This document shows positions 1 to 10,800 of a DNA stretch of 31,612 nucleotides, one piece after another. Made by a program: the position numbers and the translations under genes. The stretch spans positions 1-31,612 of IMG/VR virus record IMGVR_UViG_3300034190_003036; one strand, written 5' to 3'. This DNA is from a virus (lineage: Duplodnaviria; Caudoviricetes). Every line of letters starts with the position of its first letter. Within the stretch, counting starts at the first letter, position 1. The notes under the pieces are model-generated. The model was not told where the DNA came from, searched no databases, and saw only the letters and a list, made by a program, of their open reading frames with translations.

Positions 1-3000
1 CGCTTTTTCACCACCACCTCTACATCTTCCTTGTGGATTTTGTAAAGCGGTTTGACAGAATAAATCTTTATCTGGATCTTCAGAATCACAAGATATGTTA
101 ACTTCATCTGCATTGAACACAACATCTTTTATACAGTCAAGACACCAGTAGTCGTTGACACCATCATCATTGTCATCACAACAGTTCAATCCGTCCTCGA
201 CTTGACCACCGCAACAATTAGCAGAGGGACCGTGTTCACCCGCTGGTAAACCATGACCACAAGGATCTTGTGATGAATCCTCGGACCAACTTTGGAACGC
301 TGCGTTTATATCACTAGCACGTTGAATACAATCATTCTCTGTAATTCCATTCGTGCATTCACTAAAATTACATGAATCAACTACATTTCCGAGACAACAC
401 CTACCAACAGGATCGCCAGGAATATTACATGGATTACCAGCACATGTCGCAGGATATGGTGTAAACACATCATTTACACCTGTGCAGTCACTCTGTGGAA
501 CAACATCACAAGATTCACATGCACCACCGTTGTTGCAGTTTCTACAGCATCTACCCACATCAGGTATACATGGGTTTTCATTACAAAGAGTATTTGGTTT
601 AAAGTCACCACCAACAGAAATACACTCAGTCTGTGTTCTGTTTTGACAATCAAAGAATCCATTTCCAAGATCGACACAGCAAGCATAAGTAGGTGCATAA
701 CAACCAGCCTGTTCACAATCTTGAATACCAACCGCTCCACCCTGACCACCTTCGGATGCAGGACCGTACCATGTTCCTCCAGTAGAGATACCATTAGTCA
801 GTGCTTCACATTCAGATTTTGTTCTTTGGGTACACTCTCCAAAATCAATTTCTCCATTACCGTTCGCATCAAAACAACACGCATATCTGTCTAAATCAAA
901 GTTACAAATTCCTTCGAGTAGTTCTCCGTTTGTGTCATTCCAAGATCCACCAATATTATCACATTCACATTTAGGTATGAGTGAAGATGTTCGTGTTGAG
1001 TTTTGACAACATGTTCCTCTTTCGAGTGATCGATCAAAGTAATTAAAGTTTGAATCATAGTTCTCAAGAAGTGATGAGCAACTGTAGAAGAAAGGATTGA
1101 TTCCGTAAGGTGTGCTTGTTCTCAATTGACATGTTGCACCAGTAATAAGATATTGGAAATTACCAATTGAACTTAACCAACCATCAAATCCGATAACACC
1201 AAAATTATCACCCTTCCATCTTTTTGGAGTTATAGGTGTGTCATCTGCAACAGGGGGAGAAAAAGGCCATCTACTATTTCGATGAAGACAAGAATACTGG
1301 TTTTGCGTTTCGTTGCATGAACCACAAGAGCAACACGGTCCCGTAGGTAATGCTGTTGAACAAACAACATTACCTTCTTGAATTCCATCAATCGCATCTC
1401 CACCGTCAGGCTCAGTCACGATTGGATCACTAGCAGTTCCTAGTATTGGAGAGCAGCCTGGTGTAAACTTACCAACGTACATAATTCGGAAACCACCGAT
1501 ATTATAATAATTACCCTCAACGAATGATTGATTTGCTTCGTTTTGTATGTCGAACAGTCTAAGTGTAAATAACGCACTCGCGTTCACATCTTTTTGCTCA
1601 GTCAATCCATCCTGTAATATATGACCTTTATATGATCTAACACTACCCACATCACCTGTCTCGATGTTTTGATAGAATATTTCATTAGTTGACATATTAC
1701 CCTTCGACACAGAAGAGGACCAAATATTACCTTGTAAGAATGAAGTATTATTAGCGATCAATCCAAATCGTTTTCTTTGCAGTGCAAAGAAGTGAAGTTC
1801 TTCTTTCGATGGAACATAAAAATTATTTCCAGATCCGATGGGTTTCACTAGTCCTGAGGGATCTACAGCATGACCAGGCGGAGTGTTGTGTTGTAATACA
1901 ACATCATATACTTCATTAACTTGTTGTAGTTTCTTCCACAAATTATTTTGTTCATTCGTTGGATCATAACGATCTGTGATTGATACGATTGATGGGTAAA
2001 GACCTCCAGACGCTAAATAACCGTTTGCAATTCGTCCTTCACTTTGCACGTTGTCCCAGTAACCTTCTAAAACACCACCAAAATATTCAGTTGCTGGTGT
2101 TTCTGGACTATTACTTCCTGATGAAATTAATCCAACGTAATTTAGCGGACCTGCTTTTGTTTGAACTGTAGAACCATATCCCCAGTCCCACTCTGCTTCT
2201 GCACCATCTGGATCAACATTATAATCAAACGACCAATACCAACCATGAGTATTATAGTAACCATCATTTTGTCGTGTCACTGCATGAATGACTTGTTCTG
2301 GTGCTTCCGTTGCAAAATCTAAACCACCCCAATAGTAAGGACCATCATCGAAAACTTGCTCTGCAACAGGATCACCTTCGACGTTAAACATAAACATATG
2401 CCAAGAGGTTCTATTTTCAATCTCAGGACAGTTGCTTTGGGTGCAATCAGGATCACAACCACCAATAAGTGTATGACATGTATCGCCTGGATAGAACTGA
2501 CAATTAGAACAAAGAATACTTTCTTGATCTGGTGGTCCGAAAGTATCGTTTCTTAACGAACATTCAAGTTGAGTGATTCCGTGTACGCAACCACATCCAT
2601 CGCAACAACATGCTCCAGTTGGTAAATCACCATCATGCTCGCAGCAGTCAATATCAAAGTCAGTGCAATTTTTACCAACACCTTGGAATACACCACCTTC
2701 TTCATAACATTGTGTAGGACCATAATCATCACGACACACTTGACCGAAACAACACGGACCCCTCAGTTGATCGCAGCAGTCTCCTGACCAATCAAAATCA
2801 GGATCGGGAACTCCGCACAATGTACCGTCTCCTTGATACTCACCGTTGAGAGCATCGCACTCTGCACTATCTGTGTAAACACAAACACCAGACAAACAAC
2901 AAGCACCTTTACCTGTGCAGTCAATACAACCAGCGATATCATCGGGAGGATTGATGTTACAACCAACACCTTCAGCACAGTTGAATCCTAATTCCTGCGG

Positions 3001-5292
3001 TGTACCTTGTTGCCAGTTATCTTCACTTCCTGTGATTTCCACACAACTCTTTTTATCATAAGGCCACAAGTAGTCACATCCAAGACCCGCTTCATCTTGA
3101 ATACGATATGGGAAGCAGCAAGTTCCCATGATCTCTGCTTCAATCTGTTGTGCTTGTGCTTGACAGTCGCAACTACAGGTTGGATTACTACAGATCGCCT
3201 CAGAGACTGAATCATAATTTTCACCAGTCACGGGATCAGTTGCAAATCCAGTGATCCACGCTTGAGGATATGGATCAACTTCTCTGTTCCAACGAATCAA
3301 GTTTGCACAAAGATCAGAGTCTTTGTTAGCGTTATCGATCAGTTGTTGAATCTCATCTTGATCACCGATTTCCCACTGAATGATACCAGAGTCTTTGTCA
3401 CACCATGCACCGATCCAAATCTCTCCCTGCGGGTATGCATTACCACAACAAGTTGTATCATCTCCAAAGTATCTACCATCAATTAAGACATTATCACAAA
3501 TGTAGTCACTTGTTTCACTACAGATGGTAACGAATGAATCATTAGGGTCTTTCGAGCAACACGATCCAGTCGGACAGTATGGTTCTGGACATGGATTTTG
3601 CAGACATGAGGAATCTAAACCATTAAAGTTTCCGCCTAAGTCAGCACACTGTTGTTCAGACAACTCGATACAACTGTTACACAAGTTCACGGGATCGTAG
3701 AAACAACATGCTCCCTTCGGTAAGATTGGTTCATCACACGGATAACCATTACAATCAAGTCCCTCTGTGTCGCAGTTTACGCCTGGTATAAAGTAACCAC
3801 CAACGAGATCGCATTCTGTAGCGTTACTTCGAACACAAGTTCCCATCGTGCAGCAAGCGCCCTCAAAAGTTTCACACTCTGCATCTTTACATAGAGTTTC
3901 CTCAGAGAACGCTGTTCGAATCGCATCGGTATTTTTATCTTGACACTCCGCACGAGTTGTATATTCTTCGCATCTTATAAAACTACCATCACTAATTAAG
4001 AATTCACAACACGATCCTAATTGATTTTCATCCAGACCTAATCTTGAGTCTCCTGTGTAACCAAGACTTGGATTGAGTGGTCGCCACTTAAACAGTCCAT
4101 TTTCTTTCACACGATTAAACGTAAAGATGTCAACACCATCAGAGAACTCAAACTCCTCCCACGGTGTTGGGGTTAAACTGTCTGGGTCGCTTGCATAACC
4201 TTCACCCCAACTAAATTTCTCAGATGTTCTTGCCTCAAAAATATCAATACTATTTGAAAGTGGATTCAGATCTAAGTTTGGATTACCAGCAACAAGTCCA
4301 GCGTTTTTACCACCCTGAACAATCACCGTTAAGTTATCGATAATGTCATGAGTTGCACCACTAGGTGTTTCTGCACTAGGCAATCTAATATAGCCTGTTG
4401 TTGCACCACAGTGAACTTTGTGAATATTTCCTTCATTGATGTCTATGTTTACATCAGTTAAGGTATCTTCAGCGTGTCCGACTGCATAAACAGTAAAACC
4501 TCTAACATTACCATGACGACGAATAATCTCTCTTTGTTCACCAATTCGTAAAGATAAACTTTCGTGATAGGCAGAAGCACCCTCGACAGGTGTATATGAT
4601 AAAGAACTCGAATGGAAGAATGTTCCACTCGCACCATCAGCGTATGAACCACCCAGTGTTGACATGAATAATAACTCACCAGTGAGTCCCATGTCAATTC
4701 CATCAGGAGCGTTTGCTGCAATACCTTGTAAGAAAATCGTATCATTAACGATTTGAATCTCTACGTCACCACCTTCAGATATGGTTTTAAAGAAAGCAGT
4801 TGCACCAGTCACACCAGCAACGATAGATACACCATCACCTACGGTGATAATTTTTAGTCCACCTGTTGTTCCTGTTGTGCCTGTAGGACCACGAATGTCA
4901 GCAGCGACACCGTTATAAATGCCACGGTTGTATAAACCTGGCACAGTAAATGTGAAACCACCACCTGTCGTTCCTGTCTCACCAAAGAAAACTAAAGAGT
5001 GTTGTTGAGGACTACCACATATTCCAACAAATCTATAGGTTTTAAAATCATAAGTGCGAGATCCCTCTGGTGCAGTGGGACCACAGTATCCTAGACCAAA
5101 ACCTCTTGGTCCTTGTGGTCCAGTCGCACCAGTTGGACCAGACGCACCTGTAGATCCCTTTGGACCTGTACCAGCAGATAAAGTAATACCACCAACAGAA
5201 CTACCACCAGTACCACCAGTTGGTCCAAAGACTGGAACCGCACTACTGCTTAAACTTGAAGAGACATTTTGTGGATTACCTATGTAGTTCAC
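1..5292 (-). CDS. Giant Cys-rich virion/fibre protein, partial (>1764 aa, 3' end outside window): collagen-like N-terminus, fibre module, ~14 GACC-type repeats, internal DUF1566/Lcl-like domain
   Basis: Not in the ORF track because it has no stop in the window. Manual translation from GTG at 5292 (SD GAGAGGA at 5297-5303): MNYIGNPQNV...GPKGSTGASGPTGATGPQGPRG...GACCFYDPVNLCNSCIELSEQQCADLGGNFNGLDSSC...FYVPSKEEL...IWSSS...; no in-frame stop found down to position 1. Confidence 0.9.
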   Translation of the reverse strand, partial: MNYIGNPQNVSSSLSSSAVPVFGPTGGTGGSSVGGITLSAGTGPKGSTGASGPTGATGPQGPRGFGLGYCGPTAPEGSRTYDFKTYRFVGICGSPQQHSLVFFGETGTTGGGFTFTVPGLYNRGIYNGVAADIRGPTGTTGTTGGLKIITVGDGVSIVAGVTGATAFFKTISEGGDVEIQIVNDTIFLQGIAANAPDGIDMGLTGELLFMSTLGGSYADGASGTFFHSSSLSYTPVEGASAYHESLSLRIGEQREIIRRHGNVRGFTVYAVGHAEDTLTDVNIDINEGNIHKVHCGATTGYIRLPSAETPSGATHDIIDNLTVIVQGGKNAGLVAGNPNLDLNPLSNSIDIFEARTSEKFSWGEGYASDPDSLTPTPWEEFEFSDGVDIFTFNRVKENGLFKWRPLNPSLGYTGDSRLGLDENQLGSCCEFLISDGSFIRCEEYTTRAECQDKNTDAIRTAFSEETLCKDAECETFEGACCTMGTCVRSNATECDLVGGYFIPGVNCDTEGLDCNGYPCDEPILPKGACCFYDPVNLCNSCIELSEQQCADLGGNFNGLDSSCLQNPCPEPYCPTGSCCSKDPNDSFVTICSETSDYICDNVLIDGRYFGDDTTCCGNAYPQGEIWIGAWCDKDSGIIQWEIGDQDEIQQLIDNANKDSDLCANLIRWNREVDPYPQAWITGFATDPVTGENYDSVSEAICSNPTCSCDCQAQAQQIEAEIMGTCCFPYRIQDEAGLGCDYLWPYDKKSCVEITGSEDNWQQGTPQELGFNCAEGVGCNINPPDDIAGCIDCTGKGACCLSGVCVYTDSAECDALNGEYQGDGTLCGVPDPDFDWSGDCCDQLRGPCCFGQVCRDDYGPTQCYEEGGVFQGVGKNCTDFDIDCCEHDGDLPTGACCCDGCGCVHGITQLECSLRNDTFGPPDQESILCSNCQFYPGDTCHTLIGGCDPDCTQSNCPEIENRTSWHMFMFNVEGDPVAEQVFDDGPYYWGGLDFATEAPEQVIHAVTRQNDGYYNTHGWYWSFDYNVDPDGAEAEWDWGYGSTVQTKAGPLNYVGLISSGSNSPETPATEYFGGVLEGYWDNVQSEGRIANGYLASGGLYPSIVSITDRYDPTNEQNNLWKKLQQVNEVYDVVLQHNTPPGHAVDPSGLVKPIGSGNNFYVPSKEELHFFALQRKRFGLIANNTSFLQGNIWSSSVSKGNMSTNEIFYQNIETGDVGSVRSYKGHILQDGLTEQKDVNASALFTLRLFDIQNEANQSFVEGNYYNIGGFRIMYVGKFTPGCSPILGTASDPIVTEPDGGDAIDGIQEGNVVCSTALPTGPCCSCGSCNETQNQYSCLHRNSRWPFSPPVADDTPITPKRWKGDNFGVIGFDGWLSSIGNFQYLITGATCQLRTSTPYGINPFFYSCSSLLENYDSNFNYFDRSLERGTCCQNSTRTSSLIPKCECDNIGGSWNDTNGELLEGICNFDLDRYACCFDANGNGEIDFGECTQRTKSECEALTNGISTGGTWYGPASEGGQGGAVGIQDCEQAGCYAPTYACCVDLGNGFFDCQNRTQTECISVGGDFKPNTLCNENPCIPDVGRCCRNCNNGGACESCDVVPQSDCTGVNDVFTPYPATCAGNPCNIPGDPVGRCCLGNVVDSCNFSECTNGITENDCIQRASDINAAFQSWSEDSSQDPCGHGLPAGEHGPSANCCGGQVEDGLNCCDDNDDGVNDYWCLDCIKDVVFNADEVNISCDSEDPDKDLFCQTALQNPQGRCRGGGEKA

Positions 5293-5304
5293 TGTGTCCT
5301 CTCG

Positions 5305-6441
5305 TTAGTTGGTTTCTCTAAATGGATTGTTAATCGCTGACGCATAAATACCGTACCACTCTGTTTTTTCTGTTAGATCATCTTTTGTTCCAATAGTTAA
5401 GAACTGTATAATATCTATGCCGTCATGAGGAACAGGATTACCATTCCTTGGAAATTTCCAGTTACTTGGGAAAGTTGTTTGTGAAAATGTAATTCTCTCT
5501 CCAGCAGATTGATTACAATAATCTGGAACTGTTCTCTCGCCTCTATTACCTTTTAATAATACGACGGTGAATGCGTACGATGTTGAATCTCCAAAAAAGA
5601 ACTTCCAATCATCGTCGTAGGGTTGCGACGTATCAACGATTCTCACGAAAGGTATATTATCTGTATCATCCGATCCAGTTAAATCAAAGAAGTCTTTTTC
5701 TGGGTCGATCTCAATCGTATGACCAAAACTCTTACTATCTCTCGCCGCGTTCAACGTGAATAAATCATTTGGATTTATTTTATAAATTAAAGTATGAGAA
5801 GAACAGTCATATTCAGACGGTCTAATTCTACCCATGACTTCTTTTGTTTTAAATCCTGTATAATCTAGAGCAAATGTTGGACCTGCATGATAATGAGTCA
5901 ATGTCGCACCAGACAAACCAGTTGATCCGACAGAGTTTTGATTAAAGAAAACTAATTGTCCGAACTCACCACCTGCATTGACAGCGTTGAAAGTTTTAAA
6001 TGCAACTCGAATCGTATCGCCTTCATCGATAACCTTAACGCCACCACCACCAGTGATACTCTTCAGAATCAACTCACCGTTAGTAGAGTCTTGGAAGAAA
6101 GCACCTCCCGTTGCGTATCCTACGTTCTCACCTTTCAACCAGTAATTGGTTGCACCCGTTGGACCACGATAGTAACCACCATCCGTAGTAACACCATTTG
6201 AATAAATTAAAGTTAAATGATATGGTTTACCACCAAAAGGCGCTGCACCAAAAGTGCTAGAGTATGTGATACCAATTAAACGCACACCCTGTGGACCTGT
6301 TGGACCACTTGCACCTTGATTACCTGTTGCACCAGTGATTCCCTTCGCACCAATGATAACCTCAGGTGTTCCAGTTACACCTGTGGGTCCACGAACACCG
6401 ATGTTCAGAGGATGGGCGCTTGTGCTATAAAAATAACTCAT
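5305..6441 (-). CDS. Collagen-like (Gly-X-Y) tail fibre/virion protein, paralogous to the N-terminal ~420 aa of the downstream giant protein
   Basis: GAKGITGATGNQGASGPTGPQG repeat; C-terminal FTVVL...W..P...DGIDIIQF...WYG module; position in fibre cluster. Confidence 0.7.
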   Translation of the reverse strand: MSYFYSTSAHPLNIGVRGPTGVTGTPEVIIGAKGITGATGNQGASGPTGPQGVRLIGITYSSTFGAAPFGGKPYHLTLIYSNGVTTDGGYYRGPTGATNYWLKGENVGYATGGAFFQDSTNGELILKSITGGGGVKVIDEGDTIRVAFKTFNAVNAGGEFGQLVFFNQNSVGSTGLSGATLTHYHAGPTFALDYTGFKTKEVMGRIRPSEYDCSSHTLIYKINPNDLFTLNAARDSKSFGHTIEIDPEKDFFDLTGSDDTDNIPFVRIVDTSQPYDDDWKFFFGDSTSYAFTVVLLKGNRGERTVPDYCNQSAGERITFSQTTFPSNWKFPRNGNPVPHDGIDIIQFLTIGTKDDLTEKTEWYGIYASAINNPFRETN

Positions 6442-6450
6442 AGCCTATCC

Positions 6451-7818
6451 TTATGTTACGATTTTCAATGTTCCGCTGTCTTGGAATACAGTATTGGTAA
6501 CTGAACCACTACCTGTGGTTGGTAAGTTAGTCAAACGTAAGTTCTTAATCTCTAGCGTATCAATAATTGCAGCACTAGCAGATGGATCAACTCTAATAAT
6601 ATAATTCATAGACACATAAGGTTGAAGATTCGATAAGTGTGTAAATCCGCTTTGACCTGATAATAGTCCTTGGGATTCACCCTGTGAAACAATAACATTT
6701 CTACCATCACCACCAACACGACCTCTTAGATCACTGCTTGATTCGCCCAGAGGAACACGCTCTCGCATATCGGGGGTGAGTGCAGTAAACACACCAGTTT
6801 TACTACTTGTATCACTCAGAATTTGAATCGCTGGTCCACCGACAATAGTTGCGTTACCCTGTTCGAACTCACTCAATACACCAACTGGTCTTACGAATTG
6901 AGCAACACTATTTTCTCCCTGTGTGTTTGAGTCAAACTCTTCGACAGTTTCGAAGTTTTGATTGGTGTTATCAGTATTGGTTCTGATCGACTGCTCTACA
7001 AAGATATACTTACCACCATTCTCTACACCACCAGAGATACCAACAACGAGTCCATCAATCGATTTTGTATTGTTTTCAACATCTTGTTGGATTCTTTGAC
7101 CCACAACGATACCTGCACTGTCTACCTTAAGACATTCGACCCATCCGTAACGCTTTCCTACAGTCTCATAGTAAAATGGATATGTTGTTACGTTAATACC
7201 AGGCACACCAAACTGATCGACATAACCATCTCCGTTACAGTAAGCCCATCCAGTGGGAACTTTGTCTGCTGAACCAGCAAAAGCGTGAACCACTCCAGCA
7301 GGAACAATTTCACCTAAAGAAACAGCAACACTACCACCTAGTAAACTACCAACGTAATTAGTAACAGAACCAAAAATGTCACCATCAGAATTTTCTGCGA
7401 TGCGAGTGATCACAGGTTTTGCAACCCAGCCTGGTGTTGTGGGTCTACGGTTATCTAACCATCCAGCAGTGTATCCACCTAAGAAGTAAACGTCGTCCGC
7501 TGTAGCACCTTCATTTATAGATCCTGTTGTATTACTAAAGAAGTCATTCATCTTCACAACACCGCTTGTGCAAAGTTCAAACGAGTTAGCATCTAACTTT
7601 TGCGAGACGATACCAACAACCTCAGCATTATAGGCGTTGTTCGCTTGTGCTGCTCTATACTCTGCTGTCGTACCATCTATACCACTATTCCATCTGACTG
7701 CGGTTCCCGCTGAGAATCCGTGGTTATTCTGAACAACAGTTATAGCAATCTTAGAGCCTATACCTCCAACGCCTTGAACACAAATATTAGGATTTAGTGC
7801 GGAATTGTTACAAGTCAT
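6451..7818 (-). CDS. Tail-collar-domain protein (short-fibre/baseplate type) with N-terminal decoration-like beta domain
   Basis: VPAGVVHAFAG...PTGWAYCNG...YP....VG..YG, PDMRERVPLG and NLQPYVSMNYIIR are phage tail collar motifs; N-terminal HGFSAGTAVR...AQA...AEVVGIV...VYFL...KPV module. Confidence 0.75.
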   Translation of the reverse strand: MTCNNSALNPNICVQGVGGIGSKIAITVVQNNHGFSAGTAVRWNSGIDGTTAEYRAAQANNAYNAEVVGIVSQKLDANSFELCTSGVVKMNDFFSNTTGSINEGATADDVYFLGGYTAGWLDNRRPTTPGWVAKPVITRIAENSDGDIFGSVTNYVGSLLGGSVAVSLGEIVPAGVVHAFAGSADKVPTGWAYCNGDGYVDQFGVPGINVTTYPFYYETVGKRYGWVECLKVDSAGIVVGQRIQQDVENNTKSIDGLVVGISGGVENGGKYIFVEQSIRTNTDNTNQNFETVEEFDSNTQGENSVAQFVRPVGVLSEFEQGNATIVGGPAIQILSDTSSKTGVFTALTPDMRERVPLGESSSDLRGRVGGDGRNVIVSQGESQGLLSGQSGFTHLSNLQPYVSMNYIIRVDPSASAAIIDTLEIKNLRLTNLPTTGSGSVTNTVFQDSGTLKIVT

Positions 7819-7821
7819 TTA

Positions 7822-10800
7822 TTACCTTTCTACTGGACCATCGGGTAGGTCTTTATTCAACTCTGCCTCTGCGAAGTAGTGTACCGTAATCGAGTCAAGT
7901 TTCGACGCACCTCTAATCACTCGGATTTCTAAACCAGATTCTCTGTCCGTGAACACTGACAGATTTTCTGAGTTACCTTGAGTCGTTCTCATTTCACCAA
8001 GTGAACTGATTGTACCCGATGTAAATCTCATGTCCTTACCAGCGTCTCTATTGAAACCTTCGTTAACAATACCAGTGGGAGATATGATTCCAACCGTAGG
8101 GACTGCACGCATACTTACGGGGAACTTCACAACGTGTAAGAAATTACCTGTAACTACAAACGTCTCACCACGAATATCAGGTTGCAATTCTGTTCTCATC
8201 GTATTCTGACCAGTGTTATCACCTAAGTCATAACTGTGCTGATAGAATCTTTGAACCTTTCTAAACTCCGAGTCGAGATCTTTTGTTTCTATAAACGTTG
8301 ATACGTTACCTTGTTCCAGTTTCACCTGAGCGAGACTGACTTCTCCACCATAATTAATATTCTTATGAGTTCCATCAGGCAAACTAGTCAACTGCGTAAA
8401 GAATGAGATTGCTGCGTAGTGTTCAGCGGTCGGTCCTCTAGACAGATTGGTAAACACTTCACCAGATGCTCCATCAGCGTCCGAAACTTCTGGTACGAAG
8501 AATGAGTAGGCGTATCGTGACCAATCAGTTCCGAGTCTAAAGTCTGTGATCGGAGTGAGTTTCTGACTCGCTGTAGGACCGACACCAGCAGATGGACCAA
8601 AGATGCCACCACCAGTTGTTGCGCCTGGGGTTGGTCCAGTAGAACCACCTGCATAGTTTTGTAACCATGCTAGGTGCATATCACCAGTCACACTACCTTT
8701 CGCATAGAACGATGCAGTCATGACTTGTCCTGCGAACGAAGTCACATCAGGAATTCGTTGCTCAACTTTATAATATTCATTGTTATTGGTTCCACCAGCA
8801 TAAGTAATAGCACCCTTAATGACTGAGTAGAAGTTTGGATGACCCTCTACTTTTACTTGCTTCTTATCAAACTTTTCTCTCTTGAGTTTGTAATCTAAGA
8901 CTCTGTGCGTTCCACTTGACTTACCTGTGTATGGATTGTTTCCGAAGAAACCTCCTGTTCCCGTTTGTGATACGCGAATCCATCGGTCAGCAAAGAATGT
9001 ATGTGATGTTCCAGTATAACCATTTACCGCTGTAACACCGACACCTCTTTGCCAGAAGTCAAAACTACCATTGATAAGTTGATTTTCATTTACTCTAAGA
9101 ACATTATCATAAGTGTATCCTGTAGAACCAGTCGCACTTCGTATGTTTAGGGTTTGACCAGGCGCTGCTTCGTCTGATCCACGCACCTCATAACTACCTG
9201 CACCAGTATCAGCCTGACTATTTACAGATGCGTTTTGTATATTGACAACAAACGTATTGGGTGCAATTGCATCTAAAATTTTAATTGCTTTCGGTGGTGG
9301 AACGAAACTAAGTGATCCGTCCTCACCAAGATAATAAGTTCCTGTGCTAGATACAATGTTCTCACGAAGAGATAAATAACCACCAGTCATAATATCTACA
9401 AGACCTGTGGTAGTGTTGACTTCTACGACCACACCCAAAGGCTGTGATAAGTTTCCTGACTTAGTATAATCTGCGAGTCTCAGACCACTTGGCCTAGAAG
9501 GATCGAATGCGACGACCTGACCAACCGAGAATGACTCACTCGACGTATCAAAACCTTTCGAGAAGATTGTAGCATCATTACCACTCGCTCCACCATAGTT
9601 TGCATCAGTTGAACCACCGTTACTGCTACTGCAACCAGTTTGACCAAGAACTTGTCCTGTCATTGGTAAGAACACACCCGTGGTAACACCAGTTGCGATC
9701 ATCACTGGTTTCGATACAAGTCCAACAACACCAGGCTGTTCTTTCTGAATCTTACCTCTTTGTGATCCTCCATACACGGAGCAGTAGTAAACACAGCCTG
9801 GTGAAAGACTGTTACCACCGACTATAACTTTCTTCCAATTAGTGTCGGTGGTTGATACTTCACCTAAGAATGTTAAATCAAAACTATCTTTATTCGGAAC
9901 ATTCGAAACCATACCAACAACTTCAGATGCGTTGATACTGTCACCGTGTGTCTCAGAGTAACCCATCGCAGAGGCGAATGTAAACCCAACATCGGTTCCT
10001 TCATTTCTGTAGCGAAGAACATTACCAACTTTGAAGTTGTGGTTGGTTTTATTAATTCGTTTACTATTTGCACCACGAAGAATGCGGGTGAACCCAACTC
10101 CGAAGTCACTTGTTGCATAATTTGTATCAAACTCTACAAGCGGACCATCAGAGTTACTGATGACAAGAGCGCCTTCTTTACCACCAGTTGCTCTTGTTCC
10201 AAATGGAGTGTACCATGCATCACCAGTTCCACCATACACACCATTACGACCATCAAAGTCAAGATAGATGTTTGATGAGAGTGTAGGTCCAAAGAACACT
10301 CGTGATACACCACCCTCTGCACTAGTGCTATATGTTAAACCACAACCAGTGTAACCGTATGGTGCAAACGGATAGTCTTCACCAGTGGAACCAGCAAGCG
10401 TACGTCCTGAGTAAATTGAACTATGATTAAGTTTACCCTCTAACCATAGACCCTCTTTCGTTCTCCACATGTTATCTTTGTGTAACATGTAGGGTCGATC
10501 AAACACAAAGTGATCTGCGCCTGGACCACCGTTTGGACTATTGAACACTGAGTCTGGGTTTGGTCCTGTTACTCCACCACCTACAATAAATCCAGCGAAA
10601 TCACAACCAACGTGATCATCTTGATTATTCAACACTAAGATATTTTGGTCAAAGTTATAACCTATTGTAAATCCTTGTGTGCTGTTACCGTCTTCTCCGA
10701 GGTCTGCTCCACCGATCAGTTTACCGTTCACTCGAAGAGACTTGCCAACACTAACATTATTACAGAACGTAGTATGTGTTCTTAAAACATTACCGCTAAA

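Noticed and set aside
1441-2400. Diversity-generating retroelement target
   Set aside because: No reverse transcriptase or near-identical template repeat seen in the window, and the domain is internal.
353-5287. Many short ORFs in the track suggesting a fragmented or pseudogenised region
   Set aside because: All are shadows of one uninterrupted minus-strand frame (5292 to 1) that the ORF caller omitted for lack of a stop.
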